Source of the DNA: Spirochaetia bacterium
Lineage (GTDB): Bacteria > Spirochaetota > Spirochaetia > SZUA-6 > Bin103
Assembly: GCA_965203055.1 (NCBI GenBank)
Contig: OZ241863.1
Span: 1,664,001-1,728,000 of the forward strand
DNA: 64,000 bases
Direction: 5' to 3'
A model generated the notes under the pieces. The model worked only from the letters and a program-made list of their open reading frames with translations. It was not told the origin of the DNA and ran no database searches. Each line of letters begins with the position of its first letter. The first letter of the stretch is position 1. Shown here in pieces: positions 17,707-26,792 of this stretch. Both the position numbers and the translations under genes were made by a program.

Positions 17707-20388
17707 TCAGCTCAGGATCAGGTAGGTGTGCTCGACTACGGTTCCCTTGTCGCGGATGCCGTGTGACTCGCAGTGCGCCACGCTTTCCGCAAAGACGTCG
17801 ATGTTACGGAACCACGGGGCAGCTACGGCGGTCAGTTCCGCCGCCATGTCGCACTTCCTGCTCCGGCCCAGATGCAGGACGCATACGCCGCCGGGCTTGA
17901 GCCGTTCCCGAGCCTGCCGGATGACCGGCTGGTATGCATCGAAGTCCCGTTTCTGCCGTTCGTCCAGGAACGCGTGCGGCCGTTCCTTGAAATCCCTCGA
18001 AGTCCAACCGGAAAACCACAATCGCATCCAGTTTGCCAGATAGAACCGGGTGCTGTCGAAGAACGGCGGGGAGGTAATGACCGCATCGAGCTCGTCTACC
18101 TCTTGCGGCCAGATACCCGTCGCGTCCTGGTACGTCGCCGTACCGTTCACGAAATCAGCGGAGCGCTCAGCGATGAAGCACCGTTCGACCTTCCTCGCAA
18201 GTTTGTCGATGAGCCTCTTGTATTCGGCGACGCCGGTTGGCGCGAACGGCGTGATCGGGTGGGAGCGCCGGCTGAGCGCGTACGGCCGATTGCCATGCAA
18301 CACGTGCAGAAGACAAGAGAACACCAGCGCAGAGGCAGCGGATTCCGGCGGTCTCTCCTGGAAGAAGCGGCGTGCAAGGAGGATCTCCGCGAAGGTCTTG
18401 GCGTGGAAATACGCCGGCAGCGGACCGTTGAACTGAATCGATGCGGCGTCATTCGCTTCCGCCGGAGTCGGACGATGGCTGCCGATGAAGCGATCCAGCT
18501 CATCGACCAACATCTGACAGGCTTCTTTCGAGGCCGGCAGAAGCTTCGCTCGCGCTACCGGAATGGTGGCGGGACTCAGGTCGAAGCTCCACGCAGCAAC
18601 GCCGTGGAGCGCGGCTTCGAACGGTATGGTCCCTACCCCGCCGAACGGATCGAGCAGACGATCTCCGGGCCGGGCGAATGTTCGTACCAGATGATGAGCG
18701 AGTGACGGCTTCATCTTACCCTGGTAGGAACAGAGCGAATGCAGTGGATTTCCCCAGTTTCGTTTGGAAAACGGACCACGCTGATGAGGAAGTTCCTGCT
18801 TGAAGCGGACCCAACCGGACCCCCACCAGGGAGAGGTGCGGGACGGGCGCGGCTTCCGAGATGGCGCGGTTGCGGCCAGGACGATCTGCCGGAGCGGCTG
18901 GCCGCTTCGGGAAAGACGCTGGCGCAGCGTCATCTCGTGGTTGACGCGCCAGCCGCGCGCACCCAACAACTCGGCCAGAATCTGCGGCGTATCGACCCGA
19001 ACCCCGGCGTAGGCGGAGTCGCCGATGTCGATGACCAGGGCCGCAGCAGGCGCCGCGTGGCGCAGCAAGGCGGCGAAGACTCGATCCATGTCGGCAAAAT
19101 AGTTGAGAACCATCCGCGGAATGCGCCGATCATACGCCCGATCGTCGAGTGCTCGGACCACCTCCTCGACGCTTTTCGAGACCGGTGAAGACTGTCTTTC
19201 CAAGGTGACGTCGTTGATCCCGGCGGTGACCGTCCGGCGGCGCAGCGAGGACAGATCGCTGCCCGACGACAGTACGCGCAAGAACCACAGCTCGATCTTC
19301 GTGTTGCGGTAGTAGTTGGTCCCGTTCAGATACGGGGGCGAGGTGACGATCGCATCGACCTCCAGATCGGCGACGCGGATGAGACGTTTGGCGTCGCCGG
19401 CAACGAGCAGCGGGGGGTTGGGAATGGTCGGCAGACGTACGACGTCGCGCGCCATGATCCGCAGCCGGGATGCCACTTCCTCCACAAGATCGGCCCTGGC
19501 ATCACACTCGGCGCCCCGGCGAAACCGAAGGTCTCCCCGGCGCATCAGATGGGAACAGGGTACGAGCGAAGCGACCGCGGCCACGGTCGTCATGGATGCG
19601 AGGACCGGGGCCTGGTACGCCGCGGCGTCGATCAAGCTCCGCAGCTTGAGGCAGGACTCCAAGGTATCGCGCGGGAAGAAGACGCTGTCACCGAAGGTGG
19701 CATGGTAGGCGGCGATGAGACGCTGATCGGGTTCATGCTCGGCAAGCAGCGCCCGCAGGTCGTCCGCCAAGCCGGAGAGTCGCGCCGCCAGTCGCATACG
19801 ATCCTGTCCTGGCATTGCCAGCACCATCGCCTTGGCGCCGACCAGAAACTGAAGCAGCGGGTTGAGTTCGCAATAGAAGCTCCGGCAGTTGGCCCGAGCC
19901 ACGGTCAGCGGCGTCGTTCCCGTTCCCGCAAACGGATCGAGCACTCGCGTGGCGGTTGGAGCAAAGGCGTGCAGCACGTTCTTGACGAACTCGGGTGAGT
20001 AACCCTCGAGGTAGGGGTACCAGTCGTGGAGCGGTTCGTTGACGCCCCCGCGATACGTCGCTTGAATCGGGTCGAACCGCGGGCTGCGCGCCGGATCGAT
20101 CTCCGCGGGAAACAGATCGAGCTGGGCAGCTTCCCCGTGCGCTGCAGCAGCTTGCCGCAGGCGGCGCAGGCAGAATGCGTTCAGACTGGCGCTTTCGGCT
20201 GCCGCGCCGTCCTTGAGCGCGTTGAAGCTGCCGTACCCGAGAAGATGACGAACCTCCTCGCTCGACAACCGCCCGACGGCCTGGAACAGGTCGGCGTCAC
20301 CCGACCCGAAGGCCAGTTTCAGATGGCGCCGCTTGGTGCTGCCGGACGGATGATCGGCGAAGTAGACGGACTTGAACCGTTGCTGCAT
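17707..20388 (-). CDS. Double-domain amino (probably N4-cytosine) DNA methyltransferase
   Basis: Domain 1 DPFAGTGT...TSPPY; domain 2 DPFGGVGT...TSPPF; ~110-aa N-terminal extension. Confidence 0.9.
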   Translation of the reverse strand: MQQRFKSVYFADHPSGSTKRRHLKLAFGSGDADLFQAVGRLSSEEVRHLLGYGSFNALKDGAAAESASLNAFCLRRLRQAAAAHGEAAQLDLFPAEIDPARSPRFDPIQATYRGGVNEPLHDWYPYLEGYSPEFVKNVLHAFAPTATRVLDPFAGTGTTPLTVARANCRSFYCELNPLLQFLVGAKAMVLAMPGQDRMRLAARLSGLADDLRALLAEHEPDQRLIAAYHATFGDSVFFPRDTLESCLKLRSLIDAAAYQAPVLASMTTVAAVASLVPCSHLMRRGDLRFRRGAECDARADLVEEVASRLRIMARDVVRLPTIPNPPLLVAGDAKRLIRVADLEVDAIVTSPPYLNGTNYYRNTKIELWFLRVLSSGSDLSSLRRRTVTAGINDVTLERQSSPVSKSVEEVVRALDDRAYDRRIPRMVLNYFADMDRVFAALLRHAAPAAALVIDIGDSAYAGVRVDTPQILAELLGARGWRVNHEMTLRQRLSRSGQPLRQIVLAATAPSRKPRPSRTSPWWGSGWVRFKQELPHQRGPFSKRNWGNPLHSLCSYQGKMKPSLAHHLVRTFARPGDRLLDPFGGVGTIPFEAALHGVAAWSFDLSPATIPVARAKLLPASKEACQMLVDELDRFIGSHRPTPAEANDAASIQFNGPLPAYFHAKTFAEILLARRFFQERPPESAASALVFSCLLHVLHGNRPYALSRRSHPITPFAPTGVAEYKRLIDKLARKVERCFIAERSADFVNGTATYQDATGIWPQEVDELDAVITSPPFFDSTRFYLANWMRLWFSGWTSRDFKERPHAFLDERQKRDFDAYQPVIRQARERLKPGGVCVLHLGRSRKCDMAAELTAVAAPWFRNIDVFAESVAHCESHGIRDKGTVVEHTYLILS

Positions 20389-20405
20389 CAGGGGTAGCCC
20401 GCTGC

Positions 20406-20456
20406 CGTGGTAGTAACTACCATATCATGGTAGTTACTACCACGCGCGCGCGTGGT
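20406..20456. promoter_or_regulatory. Nested palindromes upstream of the methyltransferase (putative operator)
   Basis: Perfect 18-bp IR cgtggtagtaactaccat-atc-atggtagttactaccacg; each arm contains TGGTAGT-N-ACTACCA; overlapping palindrome accacgcgcgcgcgtggt. Confidence 0.75.
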
Positions 20457-20561
20457 TGCCAAGCCCCCGGCAGGTAATGGGATGGGACGCATGCCCCTGT
20501 CAACAGGCGTTTCGGCAGCGGTGCTTCAATCCCGCTCCGCGTCGGAAGGAACGATGCAGGC

Positions 20562-21401
20562 TCAGGCGCCGTTGGGACGGTAGAACGGCACGTCGCCCTT
20601 GATGGATACGCGGTAGCCGTGGCGGGTCTGCGGGTAGTAATCCCAAATCGCCAGGTGCTGAGTGCAGCGGTTGTCCCAGAACGCCACGGAGTGCTCGCGC
20701 CACTGGAATCGGCAGTGGAACTCCGGGCGCTCGCAGTGACGAAACAGGAACGCCAGCAGGGCATCGCTCTCGGCGATCGGCAGCTCCTTGATGCGCGTGG
20801 TGAAGCCCTGATTCACGAACAGCGCCTGCCGCCCGGTGACCGGATGGGTGCGTACTACGGGATGCTCGGCGGCGGGATGGCGGTCGTCGCGCAGATTGGC
20901 CGAGCCGTAGCGCCCCCGGTAGTACTGTTCGCCGTCATGGATCGCGGTCAATCCGGCCAGCAGTCGCTGCAGCCGGTCCGACAGCCCTTCGTAGGCCGCG
21001 TACATGTTGGCGAACAGCGTGTCACCGCCCGACGACGGTACCTGCACGACGCGCAGGATGCTGCCCAGCGGCGGTTCGCGGTCGCACGACACGTCGGAGT
21101 GCCACAGGCTGCCGGCGACGAACTTCACCTTGTCGTCGCCGTGGACTACCAGGATCTCGGGATGCTCGTCGTCTTTCGGGGCGGCCGGATGGACGTGCAG
21201 CTCGCCGAAGCAGCGGCCCAGCGCCTTGTGCTGCGCGAACGAGAGGTGTTGATCGCGGAAGAACAGGACCAGATGCTGAGCCCAGGCATCCTTCAACTCG
21301 GTCAGGACGGCAGCGTCGAGCGCCTGCGCCAGATCCACGCCGGACACTTCGGCACCGATTACGGGAGACAGCGGCGTGACGCGCAAGGTGGAAGTCGGCA
21401 T
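20562..21401 (-). CDS. TauD/TfdA family 2-oxoglutarate dioxygenase
   Basis: WHSDVS, GGDTLFANM, HPVVRTHP and WDNRCTQH motifs. Confidence 0.93.
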   Translation of the reverse strand: MPTSTLRVTPLSPVIGAEVSGVDLAQALDAAVLTELKDAWAQHLVLFFRDQHLSFAQHKALGRCFGELHVHPAAPKDDEHPEILVVHGDDKVKFVAGSLWHSDVSCDREPPLGSILRVVQVPSSGGDTLFANMYAAYEGLSDRLQRLLAGLTAIHDGEQYYRGRYGSANLRDDRHPAAEHPVVRTHPVTGRQALFVNQGFTTRIKELPIAESDALLAFLFRHCERPEFHCRFQWREHSVAFWDNRCTQHLAIWDYYPQTRHGYRVSIKGDVPFYRPNGA

Positions 21402-21429
21402 GAGCGGCGAGGACCTGCGGTACCCGGTT

Positions 21430-21501
21430 TAGCCCCTAGGGGAATCGAACCCCTCTTTTGAGAATGAGAGTCTCATGTCCTAGCCGATAGACGAAGGGGC
21501 C
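21430..21501 (-). tRNA. tRNA-Glu (anticodon CTC), CCA not encoded
   Basis: GGCCCCT/AGGGGCT acceptor stem; TGAGA-CTCTCAT-TCTCA anticodon arm; AGGGG-TTCGATT-CCCCT T arm. Confidence 0.95.
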
Positions 21502-21519
21502 GCGGCTGATGACCCCTGC

Positions 21520-21548
21520 AATATAGCGCAGCCACCCTGAGCCGTCAA
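21520..21548 (-). promoter_or_regulatory. sigma70 promoter for tRNA-Glu
   Basis: TTGACG-N17-TATATT, 18 nt upstream of the tRNA 5' end. Confidence 0.7.
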
Positions 21549-21616
21549 GCCACGCGGTGTTGGGTTGACGGCGGGCGCACTTCCGATTTGTTGGTACCGA
21601 TGCCGCGCTTGAAGCT

Positions 21617-21690
21617 GCCGTTGGCCCGACGAAGTCGCGACGAAGTGCTCGCCCGCCTGCTTGCCCTCAACGCCGACCGCGCCGGCGCCG
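21617..21690 (+). pseudogene. Short remnant resembling the extreme C-terminus of a type IIG methyltransferase
   Basis: RWPDEV / RDEVLARLLALNADRA with a 1-nt frameshift. Confidence 0.5.
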
Positions 21691-21789
21691 CAGCCTCGCT
21701 CCGGCGCCGTACCCGGCAGATCGCCCGCTCGACGCCGGCGACATTCTCGGCAGTAGCATCTGACGGGAGGTCCAGCCGGACGGCGCTTA

Positions 21790-22466
21790 TGAATCCCGCG
21801 CAGGTGGTCGATGAGGCGTCCGGCAAGAGCAGCCGGCAGGTGATGCAGTTGCTGGCCAAGGTGGACCCGGAGCTGGCGGGGCCGGCGGATCGGGTGCGGC
21901 CCCTGAGCGGCGGGCGCTGGGATCTCAAGGCGGTGATCGACGATGAGTGCCGGCGCGGCTTGGAGCGGCTCCAGGGCCTCCTGTTCCACGTCGACCCGCG
22001 CCTGACGTTGGGGCAGCTCATGGGGCGGTTGGTGCGGGAAGGGCTCGCCCGTCACGACCCGGCGCGGCGCGCCGCGCCGGTCAAAGGCGCCGACCAAACT
22101 TCGGCGGCGAAGACGCAGGCGGCCTCGGCTCGCGGCGCTGCCCCGGCAGCGAAGCAGGAGGCCGGCGCGGACAGCGCCGCTCCTTCGGCGGCGAAAGTAT
22201 CGGCTCAGGCGCCGGCGCAGCCGGGAGACGAAGCCGCTGACCGCCCGGACACTTCGGCGCCGAAGACGCGGCGCCTCGACCGGCAGGCTGCGGCGTGCGC
22301 GCAGCCTGCTGCGCCGCCGCGGACCCGGACTTCGGCAGCGAAGCCGGGCGTGACCGGCCGCGCCATCCCGGCGGCGGTCAAGCGTGAGGTGTGGCGGCGC
22401 GACCGGGGCCGCCGCCGCTACGTGGACCGCACCAGCGGGCGCCGCTGCGGCTCCTAACACCTGCTA
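21790..22466 (+). pseudogene. Truncated HNH endonuclease gene
   Basis: AIPAAVKREVWRRDRGRRRYVDRTSGRRCGS*HLL; TAA where the paralogue at ~5970 has CAA; catalytic HNH part absent. Confidence 0.75.
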
Positions 22467-22582
22467 CCAGTACCTGGAGGTGGAAGCAGCCCCGCACTGC
22501 CTAGCGCGCCTGCCGACCCCGTCGCGCCTACCGCGCCTGCCGTACCAGTATCTGGAGGTGGAAGCAGCCCTGCACTGCCTAG
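22460..22582. repeat. Two ~45-bp direct repeats, period 78 bp, encoding PVxGGGSSPALPS
   Basis: taccagtacctggaggtggaagcagccccgcactgcctag / taccagtatctggaggtggaagcagccctgcactgcctag. Confidence 0.85.
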
Positions 22583-22583
22583 T

Positions 22584-23459
22584 GTGGTAGGCAACATCGT
22601 GTTTGAGATCAACACCGGCGCCGCGCCAACCAGATCATCAAGCATCGCCTCGCTGCCTCCGATTGATGGCACCCGGCAAGAATCAACCATCACTAGCAAG
22701 ATGATACGAAAGACTTTCCCCGGAGACTTCACCTACCACGCTCCGACAATACTGAATCTTACGACTTCCTTACCATGGAGATTGAAAGAGGAAGCGCCCG
22801 CTATCACGCAAGACTTTCTGAACAACGGCGGAACCGTGATCCCGTCGTTCAGCATGAACGGCGGAACCGAATGGCTATCCGGCGCCATTTACGGCCTGCC
22901 TATCGTTCACCGATGGGGATACAACGAATCTGGCGGATACGTGAAGATTGGAATGCACTTCACCTACTCCCTTCTGGGGGGCAGTGTAGGAGGTCGTCAT
23001 AGACAGCATGATTGCACTACCACAGAGACAGATTTTACCTACGAAATACCCCACCATCCGACAATGACAATTACCGAAGGATCCGCAACAGCTACCGCAG
23101 AGGCTACGCTATCGAACGGGATGATTACCGCGGTCGGCAATATCCAACATGGAAGCGGCACCTTTGCCGGAACCAACGTTGTCTACACTTGGGGAACATT
23201 CTGGAACGAACTGCAGCGTGGTAGCGGCGCTACCTTCACCTTCACAGTGTCGGCCGGACGGGTAACAGCCGTTGTCGTAACGAACGGAGGAACAGGCTAC
23301 CGGAAGCCTTGCAACGCTGGCACTGCTTACACCAACCCGCCGTCCTACTACGTTGACAAGACCGATCCGGGTTACTGGGCAACCGCCAGTATGCGCGCCG
23401 CGCTTCGACGCCACGGCACCGAGCCGCTACTTATCCGCTTCGCCATCATCAGCCCGTGA
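22584..23459 (+). CDS. Hypothetical Thr/Gly-rich, beta-rich protein of lower GC; probably 5'-truncated
   Basis: Open frame extends upstream through the Pro/Gly linker to TAA 22455-22457; GRVTAVVVTNGGTGY resembles surface/phage structural motifs. Confidence 0.6.
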   Translation: MVGNIVFEINTGAAPTRSSSIASLPPIDGTRQESTITSKMIRKTFPGDFTYHAPTILNLTTSLPWRLKEEAPAITQDFLNNGGTVIPSFSMNGGTEWLSGAIYGLPIVHRWGYNESGGYVKIGMHFTYSLLGGSVGGRHRQHDCTTTETDFTYEIPHHPTMTITEGSATATAEATLSNGMITAVGNIQHGSGTFAGTNVVYTWGTFWNELQRGSGATFTFTVSAGRVTAVVVTNGGTGYRKPCNAGTAYTNPPSYYVDKTDPGYWATASMRAALRRHGTEPLLIRFAIISP

Positions 23460-23469
23460 ACCCGCGCGC

Positions 23470-24966
23470 CTACCGGCCGCGCCTGCTCGGCCCAAACCCT
23501 TCAGGCCAGTGGTCTTCAGGCCAGAACTCGGCCGGGAAACTGAATTGAGCGTTGGCCGGCGGAATCAGATAGGACTGCAATTCGAGCTCCCCTACTCCAT
23601 CTGAAGTACGAGCATCATGGTCCCGGTCCGCGCGATCTCTCCACGACCCCCGCATGGGATAGCACTTCAGCGGCCACGTGGCTGTTCCGGCCGGCGATCG
23701 AACGGCGGGATTCTTTGCCAGAACGATTTCGTCCGCGCTCTGCAACTGCACGAAGTAGGGCGAATGGGTAGCGACGATCACTTGCCGCAACGGGTTGTCG
23801 GCGGCCACCCGCTCTTCCGGGTCGATCGCGATGTCGTGCAGCAATTGATTCATGGCCGCCAGCCGCTCCGGGTGGATGCCGTTTTCGGGCTCCTCCATAC
23901 AGTACACGCCGGCGTCGGCCGCTTCGGAGATAGCGGTCAGGGCCAGGAACCGCAGGGTACCGTCGGAAATCGAATTCGCCCGCAGGCGTACCCCGCCGCG
24001 TTCTTCGAGCTCCAGGGAATAGAGCTGGCGCACTTCGTCGCTCACCGCCCGCACCGCCCGGACCGGCGCCAGGCGCGACAGCGTGTTGGCGATTCGGCTC
24101 AGGAGGTCGTCATGCGGGTCGTCCGCGCCCGCGGATGGGGAAGTGCGGCTGGCCAGATGGTGCAGGGTGACGGGGATGTGTCCGCCGTCCGCAGTGATGC
24201 CCGGTTGGTCGGTGAATTTGTCCGGCCTCCGCATCGCCGATGGTTCCAGCGCCAGGATGCGCCACCGCTGCATTTCCCGGCGCGCCGCCAGGATCGTCGG
24301 CGTCGCCGCAGTGTTCTCGGTGCCGATGATCGTTCGGGGGGCGCTTTCGGCGGACGCCGCGGGCCGCGACCGCCCCGAGGAGCCGCCATCCTGATGGACG
24401 ACGATGGCCGCCGGTTCCGCCGCTCGGTCATTGCGCGTGGAGATATAGCCGGCTCCGCGCCGCTTGTTGAAGATGACGTTGCTCCGAAACTGCTGTTTGT
24501 CGTGCGGAAACCGAAGCCTTTGAGCGGCTTCGCCGGACGGGATGTGGCGCAGGTCTTCACGTTCCAGAACGAGGCCGCCGAACGGTCCGGCGGAGGAGGA
24601 TGGCGGTTCGTGTCGAAACGCGACTTCGTACCGCAAGAACGTCGATGAAGGCGCTCCCGGCCGTCCGAAGTCGTCCACGACCTGTCTGTCCACGATCATC
24701 TCCGCGGCCAACCTGATACGGTCCATCGTTTCGCCATTGGCGGAGAAGAACAGGTCGCCGATTTCGCCGGTATCCTGCGCGGAGCTCCGAATCAGCAGTG
24801 CCGATTGATTGATGGTGTGGTCGGTCAGCAAGGACAGAAACCGGATGGCGTCGAAGATGTTGGACTTGCCGACGCCGTTGACTCCGGCGATGCAGGTGTA
24901 CGGTCCCAGATCAAGCGTAAAATCGACCAGATTCTTGAAGCCGTCTACTTCAATGCGGGTCAGCAT
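23470..24966 (-). CDS. AAA/ABC-like ATPase (AAA_15/AAA_21 type)
   Basis: MLTRIEVDGFKN, GVNGVGKSN (Walker A), SDGTLRFL, MEEPENGIHP, VATHSP. Confidence 0.9.
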   Translation of the reverse strand: MLTRIEVDGFKNLVDFTLDLGPYTCIAGVNGVGKSNIFDAIRFLSLLTDHTINQSALLIRSSAQDTGEIGDLFFSANGETMDRIRLAAEMIVDRQVVDDFGRPGAPSSTFLRYEVAFRHEPPSSSAGPFGGLVLEREDLRHIPSGEAAQRLRFPHDKQQFRSNVIFNKRRGAGYISTRNDRAAEPAAIVVHQDGGSSGRSRPAASAESAPRTIIGTENTAATPTILAARREMQRWRILALEPSAMRRPDKFTDQPGITADGGHIPVTLHHLASRTSPSAGADDPHDDLLSRIANTLSRLAPVRAVRAVSDEVRQLYSLELEERGGVRLRANSISDGTLRFLALTAISEAADAGVYCMEEPENGIHPERLAAMNQLLHDIAIDPEERVAADNPLRQVIVATHSPYFVQLQSADEIVLAKNPAVRSPAGTATWPLKCYPMRGSWRDRADRDHDARTSDGVGELELQSYLIPPANAQFSFPAEFWPEDHWPEGFGPSRRGR

Positions 24967-25130
24967 GACCGTCTCCTGCGAGCGCGGCGCCGCCGCCGCG
25001 GGACCGCTCGTTAAGGGTAGCATAGGCCGTCTCCCCTGGGTTCATCTACCCTGCTCCCGGCCGCGCTGCTCTGCCGGCGCGCATTGCGTCTTGCGGGCCA
25101 ACCGGCCTACGTTCTGAGCCGGAGGGGTCG

Positions 25131-25949
25131 ATGGGTACGGAGGGCAGCGCGCGGGAAGGCAGCCGCCGGCGGCTGGATGGCCGGGTGGCGTTGATCGCCG
25201 GCGGAGCGGGGGCCATGGGTTCGGCGGTGGCGCGCCGGTTCGCCGCGGCCGGGGCGCGGGTCGGGGTGGCCGACTACCGCCTGGACGCGGCCGCGGCGGT
25301 CGCCGCGGAGCTGACCGCGGCGGGCGGCGGCGCGCAGGCGGTGGCGCTCGACGTCACCGAACCCGAAGCGTGGCAGGCTGCCGCGGCGCAGGTGGAGGCG
25401 CGCTTCGGCTCGCTGACCACCATGTGCTACCTGGCCGGGGGCAATCACCGGGTGAGCTACGACGCGATGACCGTAGCGCAGTTTCGGCGCATCCTGGAGT
25501 TGAACCTGACCGGCATCTTCATCGGCATCAAGGCGGTGGTGCCGGCGCTGCGCCGCGCCGGCGGCGGCTGCATCATCAGCGTCGGTTCGCTGGCCGCGCT
25601 GCGCGCCGGCCGCGGCGCCCCGGCCTACGCCTGCAGCAAGTTCGGCGTCAACGCCCTGACCGCGGCCACCGCCGCGGCCTACGCGGGCGACGGCATCCGC
25701 TGCTGCCAAGTGAACCCGGGCCACGTCGACACACCGTTCATCCGCGGCTCCAGCGACTACAGCCCCAACGACTGGTCCACCTCGATCGACAACCCCGACA
25801 ATTATGAACGCCGCCGCCGGGCGACGCCGCTGGGACGGCTCAATCAGCCGGAGGAGATCGCCGAAGCGTTCGCCTTTCTCGCCTCCGACGCCGCCGCCAT
25901 GATCACCGGCTCCGCCATCACCGTGGACGGCGGCGCCGCCCTTACCTGA
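25131..25949 (+). CDS. SDR family oxidoreductase
   Basis: GGAGAMG, YACSK, NPGHVDT and ITVDGG motifs. Confidence 0.93.
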   Translation: MGTEGSAREGSRRRLDGRVALIAGGAGAMGSAVARRFAAAGARVGVADYRLDAAAAVAAELTAAGGGAQAVALDVTEPEAWQAAAAQVEARFGSLTTMCYLAGGNHRVSYDAMTVAQFRRILELNLTGIFIGIKAVVPALRRAGGGCIISVGSLAALRAGRGAPAYACSKFGVNALTAATAAAYAGDGIRCCQVNPGHVDTPFIRGSSDYSPNDWSTSIDNPDNYERRRRATPLGRLNQPEEIAEAFAFLASDAAAMITGSAITVDGGAALT

Positions 25950-25987
25950 GACCTGAAGTCGCTGGAGGCCGCGCGCCGCGCGGACGC

Positions 25988-26707
25988 TCAGGCCACCCCC
26001 GCTTCGAGAATCATCGTTACCCCCATGTCCAGGTAGCGGCCCGGATCGTCGCCGGCCGTGGTGCGCATGCACACGTGCGCGCCGGTGCCCTCCACTTCGC
26101 GCGCCAGATAGCGGACGCAGTCATCCACGCTCCGCAGCGCATGGCGGGGATGGCGGCGCAGATCGAAGGTCATGTCGGCCGGGCCGATGGTCAAGAAGTC
26201 GACGCCGGGCTTGGCCAGGCGCCGCGCCGCGGTGACCGCGGCGACCGACTCGATCTGCAGCGCCAGCGCGCCGGTCCGCTCCCAGGTCCGGGCGTAGTCC
26301 TCCAGGCTCTGATCGGCGTAGCCGTACCGCGCCGCGCCGCCCCAACTCCGCGCGCCGGTCGGCGGGTAGTAGAAGTTGGCTACCGCCTCGTCGGCCGTGG
26401 CCTCCTGTTCCACTTGCGGCACTTCGATGGCCTGCGGCCCCAGGTCCAGGTAGTTGCCCACCAGAAAGGTGAACCGGGTGTGCTTGATGCGAAAGCAGAC
26501 CGCCACCCCCACCTCCGCGGCCGCGGCGCAGAATGCCGCCAGGGTCCGTTCATCGAATGCCGAGTGCTGCGCGTCCACCGACACGAAGTCGTAGGGGCGC
26601 CGGGCGACGACGGCGCGCAGCCAGTCGACCTCCGGGCGCATCGGTATGGAAGCGCCGAAGATCTTCTCGCCGGCGCGGATCCGTTGCTTGAACGTCAGTT
26701 TTTCCAA
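25988..26707 (-). CDS. HpcH/HpaI aldolase family protein
   Basis: VDAQH, LDLGPQAIEVPQV, YPPTGARSWG, QIES and IGPADM motifs. Confidence 0.88.
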   Translation of the reverse strand: MEKLTFKQRIRAGEKIFGASIPMRPEVDWLRAVVARRPYDFVSVDAQHSAFDERTLAAFCAAAAEVGVAVCFRIKHTRFTFLVGNYLDLGPQAIEVPQVEQEATADEAVANFYYPPTGARSWGGAARYGYADQSLEDYARTWERTGALALQIESVAAVTAARRLAKPGVDFLTIGPADMTFDLRRHPRHALRSVDDCVRYLAREVEGTGAHVCMRTTAGDDPGRYLDMGVTMILEAGVA

Positions 26708-26792
26708 AATGCTTCCTCCTGCACGGTGCGTTCCCTGCGTTCCCCGCGCACTCTATCATCATCGCGCGCCCCCGTATTATGGTCGGGCCGCT

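Noticed and set aside
16600..21501. Integrative element at the tRNA-Glu 3' end
   Set aside because: No integrase and no duplicated tRNA 3' fragment found by eye
22460..22582. Repeat-spacer-repeat resembling a mini CRISPR array
   Set aside because: Only two copies, period 78 bp (26 codons), reads as a Pro/Gly linker in frame, and no cas genes are present
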